From Epithemia pelagica (taxonomy: Eukaryota > Protista > Bacillariophyta), in the NCBI GenBank assembly GCA_946965045.2, contig OX337238.1, positions 1,054,001-1,118,000 on the forward strand: DNA of 64,000 bases, in the 5' to 3' direction. The notes beneath the pieces are model-generated. The model was given only the letters and a program-made list of their open reading frames with translations. It searched no databases and had not been told where the DNA came from. The position numbers and the translations under genes were made by a program. Below are positions 32,931-41,901 of the stretch, one piece after another. Positions within the stretch are counted from its first letter, which is position 1. The number at the start of each line of letters is the position of its first letter.

Positions 32931-33099
32931 TGAAAAGGGTGCGACCTAATGGAGACTAGCCTAGAGCTGACTCACAAGGTCCTACGTCACCTTGCCCAAC
33001 CAGCCTCACACTTGGACTGACGCACTACTTGCATATCTTTTAGGAACGTACGAACTAGTTAATCTTCTATCATAATTTTCCCAATTCATCCCCTTTTCA
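32931..33099 (+). repeat. copia-1 3' LTR
   Basis: Identical to the 5' LTR and followed by TSD AGCAG. Confidence 0.97.
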
Positions 33100-33583
33100 A
33101 GCAGCATAGCTTCCACATGAAACGTAGGTGCTTGATTGTTATTGCTTTTTCTCGCTTTTCTGGGGGATCGAGATTCTCCCACGCGCGCTTGAGGGAGGAG
33201 ACGAGTGGGTGTAGGCGCCCGTCTTGACTGTGGCATGGGCTCGGCCTATCGTGATGCCTGAAGCACGATGCCAAGTCTCCAAGGGCTTGCGCAATAGTGC
33301 TTGCTCGAAGAGGGTTCGAGCGGTCGCGGTTTTGCGTGAAGTCGGCATCGCGGAGGCGTTGGAGGAAGGAACATGCGATGGCGACCTTGTGGTTGGTAGC
33401 TGGGAGGGAGTCGAGGAAGGGGTCGTGGCCGAATCCGATCTTGTTGAGGTGGCCTGTCCATCGTTGCCAGCATTGGTCGCGCTTCTGGTGGGATCCCTCA
33501 GTCTTGCCGTAGAAGATTCGTGACACACTGGCACGATGGAGGAGATCCAACATGAAATTTCGCTGGGAAGGGGTTTGATGCAA
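33100..33583 (-). pseudogene. YR-2 tyrosine recombinase, N-terminal part
   Basis: Overlaps the end of the RT-RNaseH ORF. Joins 25857-24941 in frame (484+917 = 1401 nt, 467 codons) when copia-1 and one TSD are removed. Confidence 0.88.
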
Positions 33584-36447
33584 AAATTCTTTGGAATCTG
33601 TGGTGAAAAGTGTTCATGCAAAAACAAGTTGAGTTCATTGTCGTCGAGATGCCATGCACGAGACAACAAGTCTGACACATTGTTCTGTTTTCCAGGAATG
33701 TGCTCGGTTTGAAGAGCGAACTTGTGGTGAAGAACAAGTCGAGTTAGTTTTTCGGCTACTTCTACATGGAGTGGCTTGTCGGAGCCAAAGGATGTCTTGT
33801 ACATCCAACCGACTGCCGATGAATTGTCCGTGAGAGCCAAGACTGCGTCATCAGGTTTGAGTTCATGAAACCAACAATCCACCCACACCGAGACGACGAT
33901 TGCGATGAATTCGAACAGGTTGTTTGAGCGCGTGGGGTCGCAATTCTCCATATTGCGAAGTTGGTCCAGTTGTGCTTGGTCAATTTGGCATCTCCATGCT
34001 CGGCCTGATCGAACGGAGTATCCGCCTATTCCGTATGGGCAAGAGTCCGCGTGAAACAAGTGAGTAGGCACTCGGCAAACCAATCGGTTGAGGGAGATCC
34101 CTTCATGTGCATGGGACAGAAGGTGAGTCCACATTTCCAAGTCGGGGATGATGGATTCCGGTACTGTATATCGATAGAAGAGTGGTGGGGTGTCGCGGTG
34201 GGAGTTGCGAGGTCGATTAGTGTCGTTGTTGATCTCATCGAGTTTCCGTTTGTTCTGTTGTTTCTGCTGAAAGGATTGTTCGAGGAAAGTTTGGTACTCT
34301 CTCATCCGTGCGAGCCAAAAGCCGGCCAATGGGATACCTTTCACGGCGTGTTGAAGTTTGCCGATGAGGCTTCGGAAGGCGTCAAAGGTTGTGCGACGGG
34401 TCCTGAGGAGTGTTGATACTTCCTTGGTCCAAGCGATCTTCTTGTCTTTGGGGAGCTGAAGCAACAATTTTCTTGTGTCGATGATCCATCCGAGGACACG
34501 TTGGGATTCGGCGGGTGCTCCTTCGGCTGTCAACTTGTCGGCTTCGAGCATTGCTTTGCGTTTGATTGGCTCATCGGGTGCCACGGGGCGTGTCATTAAA
34601 TGAACAATCAACGGGACGATGCTAGGGCATCGCCACAGGTTCTCCGGAGTCGCAAGGAATAGCTGTATCATATCGTCGAGATATGAATCATGGAAACCAT
34701 GTGGCCGAGGAGGGACGGAGACAGCTAGTGCGCGGGCTTGAGTGGGGGCGTCGTCGGATTTGATGAAGACTGGTGGACCAACACCACATTGGAGTGGTGA
34801 CTGGCAAATGTCCGGTGTCCAATCCGCAAAATCGGCGAGATCGTTACACAAGTCTGTTCCGATTTCAGAGACGACGGAAAATTCGGCTGGGTTTGCGGCC
34901 GCGCCGAACGTCAGACGCAGGTTTAGGTGAGCAAACTCGTTTGACGGATCGATGGTAATGTTGCGTGCCGCGACTTCGCCGTCGCCGTGGATGCGGCGGT
35001 ATGCTGAAGCCCAGTCAAACTTGGATATCAATATGCGCTCTGCTGGGTGAAGCCATCGTAAAGTGACAATTTGGTGGATGACGCGGTCAATGCAATGGCC
35101 CATCACCAAATCGATTAACTGGGTTTGGTCGATTAGTTCGTTGGTGGATGGGCAATGACCCAGGGAAAACGACTGGTCGTGTGTGAGGCGGTCCTTTGGG
35201 ACCAAGTCGCAGTGAGCGTCAATTCCCATTTGATGGGCAACCCCCATGGGGCTGATTCGACTGTGTCGAATCTCTCGTGCGCAATCGAATGTGATTGGTA
35301 GAGAAAAACCGTTTGCGGCATCCTTCAGCATGACTTTTGAAAGTGCTTCTGGATTCTTCTTGCCTGAGGCATGATTGCCATACATGAGAATGGCATCGTT
35401 CTCAGCACGACGGGCCGGGTCGAACTCGATTGCTTTGAGTGGGTAAGTGACACCGTGTGTGAGAATTCGACGAAGGCGAGGCCAATATGGGTGACCTGCC
35501 AGTAATGGACGGAGAATCTCGGCTGGCCGGAATTCGGATCCTGGGGTGATGATGGAATCGGGATGGGCATCCAGCAACTTCTGCATGTCCATATCATAGT
35601 CAGCAATCAACCTGGAATTGAATTCGGCGTTGGCAACGGCTTCTTCGGGAGCAATACTGTGACGAAATGGTGAATCCTTGGGTGTCGGCTCCTCTCGGTG
35701 GCAGATCTCGAGGATGAGGGAAAGGTCGAGTCGATGGGTCGGGGCTTGGAGTGCTGGAGGGAACAGTCTTGTGGGGAAAATCTTGGCGATGTCGTTGGGG
35801 AGGTAGAGCTTGGAAAAGGGCTTGGATGGTCGCTGGAACGGTAGAACTTTGAACTCACCTAGTAATTTTGAATCAGATGCATGTGCTTGTTCGAGACGCT
35901 TGACGTTTCTGGCTAGGGGTTGTCCTGAGAAGTCAGAACCGATAATCGCAGTTTCACTTCCTGGAAGAGAATTGCGATTTGTGGGATTGGCGTGACGAGA
36001 AGAGCTGGCTCTCTCGCCCGGCTTGGGGGTCTTGTGGGATCGAACGGACAAATCAGTCGTTGAGACTGAATGGGAGTGTCGTTGTGAGTCTTGATGGGGA
36101 GTGGAACGGCCGTTGGATCGTGAAGATGGAATTGGGGGAGGGGGAGAAGTTCCGATCTCTGTCGATGGACTGGGGGATTCTTCCGGAATTGTCGGAAGTG
36201 TCTCACTTTGGATCGCAGATGGGTGCAGTGCATAGTGATTGGTTGGGTGCTTGGTGAAGAATGGGTTGGCAGTTGAAGGGATTGTGGGTTTGGTGGAAGA
36301 GGATGGAGGTGCTTGAGGTGGAAGGAAAGAAGGAGTGGTGGGAGACGATTCTACTTTTAAGCTTTTACGATGGCTTGAAGGTTGAATGTCAAGCTGAAGA
36401 TTGGGAGAAGAAGAAGTCGATGACTTGACAATCAACCTACTCTGGCG
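33139..36447 (-). CDS. YR-2 pol: reverse transcriptase - RNase H
   Basis: RT: KFDWASAYRRI, LTFGAAANPAEF, YLDD. RNase H: ADSCPYGIGG, NNLFEF, TDNSSA, HIPGKQNNVSDLLSR. The frame is open directly after the gag TGA. Confidence 0.92.
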   Translation of the reverse strand, partial: RQSRLIVKSSTSSSPNLQLDIQPSSHRKSLKVESSPTTPSFLPPQAPPSSSTKPTIPSTANPFFTKHPTNHYALHPSAIQSETLPTIPEESPSPSTEIGTSPPPPIPSSRSNGRSTPHQDSQRHSHSVSTTDLSVRSHKTPKPGERASSSRHANPTNRNSLPGSETAIIGSDFSGQPLARNVKRLEQAHASDSKLLGEFKVLPFQRPSKPFSKLYLPNDIAKIFPTRLFPPALQAPTHRLDLSLILEICHREEPTPKDSPFRHSIAPEEAVANAEFNSRLIADYDMDMQKLLDAHPDSIITPGSEFRPAEILRPLLAGHPYWPRLRRILTHGVTYPLKAIEFDPARRAENDAILMYGNHASGKKNPEALSKVMLKDAANGFSLPITFDCAREIRHSRISPMGVAHQMGIDAHCDLVPKDRLTHDQSFSLGHCPSTNELIDQTQLIDLVMGHCIDRVIHQIVTLRWLHPAERILISKFDWASAYRRIHGDGEVAARNITIDPSNEFAHLNLRLTFGAAANPAEFSVVSEIGTDLCNDLADFADWTPDICQSPLQCGVGPPVFIKSDDAPTQARALAVSVPPRPHGFHDSYLDDMIQLFLATPENLWRCPSIVPLIVHLMTRPVAPDEPIKRKAMLEADKLTAEGAPAESQRVLGWIIDTRKLLLQLPKDKKIAWTKEVSTLLRTRRTTFDAFRSLIGKLQHAVKGIPLAGFWLARMREYQTFLEQSFQQKQQNKRKLDEINNDTNRPRNSHRDTPPLFYRYTVPESIIPDLEMWTHLLSHAHEGISLNRLVCRVPTHLFHADSCPYGIGGYSVRSGRAWRCQIDQAQLDQLRNMENCDPTRSNNLFEFIAIVVSVWVDCWFHELKPDDAVLALTDNSSAVGWMYKTSFGSDKPLHVEVAEKLTRLVLHHKFALQTEHIPGKQNNVSDLLSRAWHLDDNELNLFLHEHFSPQIPKNFCIKPLPSEISCWISSIVPVCHESSTARLRDPTRSATNAGNDGQATSTRSDSATTPSSTPSQLPTTRSPSHVPSSNASAMPTSRKTATARTLFEQALLRKPLETWHRASGITIGRAHATVKTGAYTHSSPPSSARGRISIPQKSEKKQ

Positions 36448-39291
36448 TCAAGAAGCTTCGTAAGCTTCACGAAAGTAAGTGTCCATTTCGTCCTTTTTGT
36501 TGTGTTTGGACGGATCATCATGACAGTAGTTGCACTTCTTGCCTTTCTTGCACCAACCTTTGGAGAAGAGAACGTTGCAGAAAGGAATGGTTTCGCCGTT
36601 TTTCTCCACCGTGGGAATCTTCGAGATGACTGAGGCTGGAAAGATCTTTGCATATGCCTTGTTTTTGGGAAGCTTCCAGTTGGCTGGGGTATCGAAGGTA
36701 TCTGCGTTCTTGGGGATGGAAGGAGACGAATTGGCTTGATTCTGCTTCTTGGAATTCGAGTTCGAAGAATCATCCGACGGATTGGATCGTTTCTTGGAAT
36801 TGAGCTTTTGTTGTTGTGCCTGAAATTTTGCTTGAAGGGCTGCGGGAAGTCCTCCAAGGGGAGAACCAGTCTTGATGGAGAAGAGGAGCCAATTCACGCG
36901 TTCTTCCATGTTGTCAAAACCGACATCTTCAATACACTGAGCTTTGCTCAAAGACGCAACAAATTCCTGGACGCATTCGTCAAGAGCAAAAAGAATCTGT
37001 CCAAAGTAGAAGTCATTGCCCGAACTCTGCATTTTGGCGATGACTCGATAGCGGTTCTCATGAAAGAAGTTGAGTACTTTCAAGATTTGACTTGAGATGA
37101 AAGACAATGAACCGGTCAAGCCCTTAGCACACGACCAGAACAAACGCAACTGTTTTTCGAACTCATCTTCGGTCCTGGGGAAGAACAAACTGTGATTGGT
37201 GTAAAGCTTCTGCATCTCCTTTGACTGTTCCATGTCATTGAGGTGACAGAGGGAAGCGTCATGGATCTGTTGTCGGATGTTCTTGTCGAGGGTGTGCGTG
37301 GAATCAATGCCTGGGATGGCATAAGGGTCGAAGGAGAAGGGGCTAAAGCCCCCTGGAGATGCTTCGGATTTCCAGCGTAATCCCAAACGCTGAATAACTG
37401 CGCATTGACCAAGGAGGATGGTGCAGGCATTATCAGCTGGCTCAAACACTTCTGCTACAAAAGATTCAAAGAAGGTGGATGAATTTTTCGACTTCCAAAC
37501 GGTCTTCACAATATCGGAGAGATCATCAGGGAGACTGGTGGATGAGCGATTGATGACGTTCAAGCGAAGGTGTTTTTGGGCGTGAAGAGGCATGTCGCGA
37601 AACATGCTCTTCGACTCCGGGGCGGTGATGTCATCTTCATTCGAATTCTTCTTTGTCGTTACTTCTTTAATGCACTTGGATAAAAGGAACATCTCCGGCG
37701 ACACAAAGTGCACGTTACCGTCGTCATCCAACATGCGGACGCCAGAGGGCGGACTCGAACAATCAACCGGTGGGGAAGGAGTGGCAATGGGAATGTCTTG
37801 GGTGGTCGACTGGGAATGAGAAGATGGGACATCGGCTGAAGAAGAATGATGTTTTGAATGCTTGGTGGGCACGTTGGAGCGTTTTGGAGTCGGAGACTCA
37901 ACAAAAAGCGTCGGAAACCTGTTTGTGTTGCGATGAGAGAGACAATCCAAAGCTCGAGATAAATCCTTCGGGAGAGAAGGATGAGTCACAGTAAGAGAGG
38001 ATCGTTTGTGTTCCAGTAACCACAAGAAACGAAACAACGGGGCTTGGATGGCGAAAAACGGACAGTCAAGGGGAACTGTCTTATCTTTTGGTTTTGGAGA
38101 GTCAACTTGGTTGGACGACCACCAGTGATAAGAAGCGAACTTGTACAAGTCGCTGGCAAAAGCACCACAAGATTCATCTCGGTCAAACTCAGAGGGATCA
38201 AAGTTCTTGACAATCAAACCGGCTATGGCGGGTGGGATCGGACACCAGCTGGAGCTGGAAAAGGAATGGTCCTGGTCACGCTTGGAGGGGGAAGCTGGTG
38301 AAAGGGTCTTAAAGTTCTCGGGGTCGAAGAAAAAGTTGGGGAGGTCATCAGCGAGGGGAGGGTCGTGGGCTTTGACACAATGGGCGATGATTTCTTCAAA
38401 GGTAGGAACGTTCCGGTGAATGGAGGGATGAATGATTTTGGCCATGTCTTCTTGGGGAATCTCAAAGGGCGGAGAATCGAAGGTCTTGCGGTCGAGTGCA
38501 TAGAATGTCAAAGTGGGATTGACAAGCGTACCACAATCTTCAGGGGAGAAGACATTGTGAAGCACCAATGGGCGACCAGATCGAGAAGCACCCAGAAAGG
38601 CAAGGGAGCTGGACTTGATCTTGGAGGACAGCCACACATGAAGGTCTTCCGCTGTGGAAAGACGAACAAAAGAGGCGCAAAGACGGTTCCAGATCTCGTT
38701 GTCACAGGCGAGAGAAATGTGGAATGGATTAGCAAACGAATCACACCAATCAACCGGATCGATCTTGGCGGCGTATTCAACCATAGAGGCGAAGGCATCG
38801 TCATCAGATGGGGGAAAGCCATCGGCGAAGTACAACTCGAATCGACGTGGAGGCGCAGAAGGAGTGTCAGAGGGAGTGACGGCTTCGTCGGGGGTTTCCT
38901 TGGGGACAACATCCTCATCCAATGTCTTCTTGGAACCATCATCATCATCATCTTGGGAGACGGGAGGCGGATCGTCAGAGAGGAGAGTCGGATCAATGAA
39001 AGCGTCCTTGAGGGAGGCGGCTTTCTTGGAATCGTCCTTCTTGGAGGAACGCGACGACTTCAAGGAGCCTTTCGGCTCCAGTTTCGTCTTGCCTTTCACA
39101 GGAAAGGCGAGACCCTGAATCTCTGAGTCAGAAAGTTCATCGTCGGGACCATGAGAGGGAGCAGTCGGCTCGTTCGGATCGCCATCAGGAAGCGGCGTCG
39201 AAGAGCGGGAACTGGCACGACCAGCCACAGAACTCGTTGCTTTGGAAGAAGGAGGATTCTTCAAAAAGGGAGGAAGATCGGTGAAAGTCAT
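36448..39291 (-). CDS. YR-2 ORF1, gag-like with C-terminal CCCH zinc finger
   Basis: CNVLFSKGWCKKGKKCNYCH fits C-x8-C-x5-C-x3-H. Likely start is ATG 39291 (MTFTDLPP), because the upstream part of the track ORF lies within terminal repeat A1. Confidence 0.82.
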   Translation of the reverse strand: MTFTDLPPFLKNPPSSKATSSVAGRASSRSSTPLPDGDPNEPTAPSHGPDDELSDSEIQGLAFPVKGKTKLEPKGSLKSSRSSKKDDSKKAASLKDAFIDPTLLSDDPPPVSQDDDDDGSKKTLDEDVVPKETPDEAVTPSDTPSAPPRRFELYFADGFPPSDDDAFASMVEYAAKIDPVDWCDSFANPFHISLACDNEIWNRLCASFVRLSTAEDLHVWLSSKIKSSSLAFLGASRSGRPLVLHNVFSPEDCGTLVNPTLTFYALDRKTFDSPPFEIPQEDMAKIIHPSIHRNVPTFEEIIAHCVKAHDPPLADDLPNFFFDPENFKTLSPASPSKRDQDHSFSSSSWCPIPPAIAGLIVKNFDPSEFDRDESCGAFASDLYKFASYHWWSSNQVDSPKPKDKTVPLDCPFFAIQAPLFRFLWLLEHKRSSLTVTHPSLPKDLSRALDCLSHRNTNRFPTLFVESPTPKRSNVPTKHSKHHSSSADVPSSHSQSTTQDIPIATPSPPVDCSSPPSGVRMLDDDGNVHFVSPEMFLLSKCIKEVTTKKNSNEDDITAPESKSMFRDMPLHAQKHLRLNVINRSSTSLPDDLSDIVKTVWKSKNSSTFFESFVAEVFEPADNACTILLGQCAVIQRLGLRWKSEASPGGFSPFSFDPYAIPGIDSTHTLDKNIRQQIHDASLCHLNDMEQSKEMQKLYTNHSLFFPRTEDEFEKQLRLFWSCAKGLTGSLSFISSQILKVLNFFHENRYRVIAKMQSSGNDFYFGQILFALDECVQEFVASLSKAQCIEDVGFDNMEERVNWLLFSIKTGSPLGGLPAALQAKFQAQQQKLNSKKRSNPSDDSSNSNSKKQNQANSSPSIPKNADTFDTPANWKLPKNKAYAKIFPASVISKIPTVEKNGETIPFCNVLFSKGWCKKGKKCNYCHDDPSKHNKKDEMDTYFREAYEAS

Positions 39292-39319
39292 GGTAACGGC
39301 GTAAGGTTTAGAACTCAAA

Positions 39320-39572
39320 TAGCTAACTAGGATCTTGCGATTGCCTGTGTACTCGTCTCGTAACGTTGCTTGCAAAGATGCTGAACCCGAGAAGAGTGAG
39401 CTCTTCTCACGATCCTTCGATCCAGAATCAGGAGTCATCCGAATCGGAAAACTGAGGTGAACGAAATCGGATGCTCGCCTCGCGACGAGGAGGCGGAGCG
39501 GTCGCACCTCTGATGTCGGTCGCAGGAGTCTGGCCAGCATCGGCCACGTCACTCCACATCAGTACAGACAAC
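39320..39572 (-). repeat. YR-2 repeat A1 (5' terminus)
   Basis: Direct copy of 24480-24732. Confidence 0.95.
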
Positions 39573-39769
39573 ACTTCGGCCACTTCCACTTCACGATCCA
39601 CGGTGAACGCTGACTGGTGACTACCCAGTTTTGTATAGGTGCGAATAGTAGATACTCTTTCTCATGTGTAATAATTTCAAATAGTTGCGAGTTGCAACTC
39701 CTACTCCTACACTCCTACCAACTCCTACCAACTAGAGGTGCTCCTTCCACCTGGAGTAACACATACCAC

Positions 39770-39928
39770 TGTCTTATTTGGGTCGTGGGAACAAAACCCG
39801 GATATGGGAAATCTTTGGGGGTTTTACCGTTTACATGGTTACTATTTTGGGGATCCTTACATTAGTGGTTTAGCCTTATAATATCTTTTAATTTGCACGT
39901 TGAATAAGGTATCGACTGGAACAAGACA
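39770..39928 (+). repeat. copia-2 5' LTR
   Basis: Matches 46137-46295 (157/159). Confidence 0.96.
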
Positions 39929-39941
39929 GTTTATCAGACCC
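39929..39941 (+). promoter_or_regulatory. copia-2 primer-binding site (tRNA half-molecule type, Ile-like loop)
   Basis: GTTTATCAGACCC; its reverse complement GGGT-CTGATAA-AC has the form of an anticodon arm. Confidence 0.55.
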
Positions 39942-39969
39942 ACTGCGGTATTGAGAGGAAGTAAACGAA

Positions 39970-41901
39970 GTGAACTACAGGAATATGGTAACGAATACTA
40001 GAGCTACGACGAAGAATCCACCGGAAACAAGCCCCGAAGGGCAAGGAACGGGAACCGCTGTCCCAGCGGGGGGAGCCAGTACGGATACGGGTAGTAGAAA
40101 GATGCCCGCAAGGAAAACAGGAACGGAACGGAACCCCAGTGGTGGTGGCACTGGTGGAAGTACTGGCGGCTCTAGTAATAGAGCCGGGAGTTCAAGTAGT
40201 GGAACGAGAGGAACAAGAAGCGCGTCGACACGGGGCGAAACCGCTGGAGGTGCACCCGCTGGCGGCGGAGACGGCGGCGCTGGAGGAGACGGCGGCGCTG
40301 GAGGAGGCGGTGGTGGTGGTGGACACGGCGATGATGGCGATGGTGGTGCACCACCTCCCCCGATACCGCACCCGCCTGCAGGACCACCACCCGCGCTTTC
40401 GCAAGTCGGGCTGGTATTGACCGTGTGCGGGGCAAACGCAAACGAAATTCAAGTACTAGAAAACATAGAACGTCTTAATTCGTTACACGCCTTCGGACGA
40501 ATGAGTAAGGATGATGTCACGTCCTTAGCTTCAAGGTTGGAGAAACGCCCTGGACCGAATAATATAAGCCTTCCAACAAGCGTCGTAAAGAATCTTCAAG
40601 GGCTGTGTTTTTGGGCTTCCAAGGCCCGTAGACAGAGGCGTGACATCACTGCTGCCGACTTCGACCAAGTGGTACTCTCGGATGCCCTCGACGAGATGGA
40701 AATTAAAGCAGAAACTGACAAGGCACCGGAAATTAAGCCCGAAATCCTCAAGGAAGAGATATGGGAAGATTGGTCTCGCGAATTCCCTACCTATTTGTCC
40801 CACATAATTGGGAAGCAACAAGCCCCACTCGACTATGTAATTAGGCCTGAAATTCAACCTGGACACGTCTTTCAAACTCTCCGAGAGCAAGAATTGTACA
40901 CTTACCCTCTGACTGGACCATTCTTTCACGAAGACAACAAGGCAGTGTACCGGTTGCTTAGTGACCGTGTACGCGACCAACCCGCAACGTGGATTCAACC
41001 CTACCAGGCATCCCAGAACGGTCGAGCGGCATGGTTAGCCTTGGTAGCACACTACGATGGCGGCGGCCAGAAAGAGAAACGTATCAACAAGGCTGAAGCT
41101 ATCCTTAGTTCCGTATTTTATCATAACGAGAGAGCGTTTAGCTTCGACGCCTATTCTACGAAGCTTCTACGTGCATTCCGCACGCTCGAAGAGACACCTA
41201 ATCGACGCTCGAATGCAAATCAGGTCAAGATCTTGCTGGACAACATCCGAATTGCAACGGCCGAGTTTGCCGTCATAAAAAGCACCGTGCGAAGCAACTA
41301 CAGGTCTAATTTAGATGACGCCATCGCCTATATCTCGCGTGAAGTCTCGGAACTGTACCCGAATGTCATCGGAGGCAGTGGCACACGTCATGGCACTCGG
41401 CACCGGTTTATCTCGGAAACACACACGGGCGAACAGTCACCCGCTTCCCGTCCACGGAATTTTGCGGGTCTCCAACAGCACAACGGTATTTTCACCTTCT
41501 ACGGCGTTGACGTCACGGACGTCAGCCGCCGATTCACTTCCCAGGAGATGGCCACTCTTGGGCCCGCCGGACAGGCGTACATCCATCAGGAACGAGCTCG
41601 GCTCCGCAGCTCAGGTGATCGTGGCGGCCGTGGTGGTGGCCGCGGCCGTGGCTACGGGCGGGGACGTGGTGATTGGGGGCGCGGTGGTGATTGGGGGCGC
41701 GGTTCTGCTGCCAGTGGACGCGGCATCGGCAATGTCGACGTGAATGAGAATAATGAGCCACCATCGGTCATCACAGACCCGTCTGTCGGCGGAGGTACCA
41801 ATGGACATGCCGCTGGTAGTGCGGCGGGAACCGAGAATCCCGGTAGCAACGACCGTGGCAGCACCAACGGACGCAGATTCGGAGCCGGCGCATATGAGTG
41901 A
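39970..41901 (+). CDS. copia-2 gag (643 aa)
   Basis: Copia gag-type motifs (PLDYVIR, NGRAAWLAL..HYDG), G/R-rich ends. TGA at 41899-41901 is in frame with pol. Confidence 0.88.
   Translation: MNYRNMVTNTRATTKNPPETSPEGQGTGTAVPAGGASTDTGSRKMPARKTGTERNPSGGGTGGSTGGSSNRAGSSSSGTRGTRSASTRGETAGGAPAGGGDGGAGGDGGAGGGGGGGGHGDDGDGGAPPPPIPHPPAGPPPALSQVGLVLTVCGANANEIQVLENIERLNSLHAFGRMSKDDVTSLASRLEKRPGPNNISLPTSVVKNLQGLCFWASKARRQRRDITAADFDQVVLSDALDEMEIKAETDKAPEIKPEILKEEIWEDWSREFPTYLSHIIGKQQAPLDYVIRPEIQPGHVFQTLREQELYTYPLTGPFFHEDNKAVYRLLSDRVRDQPATWIQPYQASQNGRAAWLALVAHYDGGGQKEKRINKAEAILSSVFYHNERAFSFDAYSTKLLRAFRTLEETPNRRSNANQVKILLDNIRIATAEFAVIKSTVRSNYRSNLDDAIAYISREVSELYPNVIGGSGTRHGTRHRFISETHTGEQSPASRPRNFAGLQQHNGIFTFYGVDVTDVSRRFTSQEMATLGPAGQAYIHQERARLRSSGDRGGRGGGRGRGYGRGRGDWGRGGDWGRGSAASGRGIGNVDVNENNEPPSVITDPSVGGGTNGHAAGSAAGTENPGSNDRGSTNGRRFGAGAYE

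Larger units (their letters stand above)
25863..33099 (+). mobile_element. copia-1: Ty1/copia LTR retrotransposon (CoDi-like), 7237 bp
   Basis: Identical 169-bp LTRs with TG...CA ends, 5-bp TSD AGCAG, PBS and PPT present, domain order PR-IN-RT-RH. Confidence 0.97.
24294..39572 (-). mobile_element. YR-2: complete Ngaro/PAT-like tyrosine-recombinase retrotransposon (A1-gag-pol-YR-B1-A2-B2), ~8.0 kb without the nested copia
   Basis: A1 39320-39572 = A2 24480-24732. B1 24731-24890 = B2 24294-24453. gag, RT-RNaseH and YR ORFs all on the minus strand. Confidence 0.93.

Noticed and set aside
39292-39552. N-terminal 87 codons of track ORF 36448-39552 (and twin ORF 24479-24712)
   Set aside because: They lie almost entirely in terminal repeat A and are duplicated there. 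ATG 39291 is the more plausible start.
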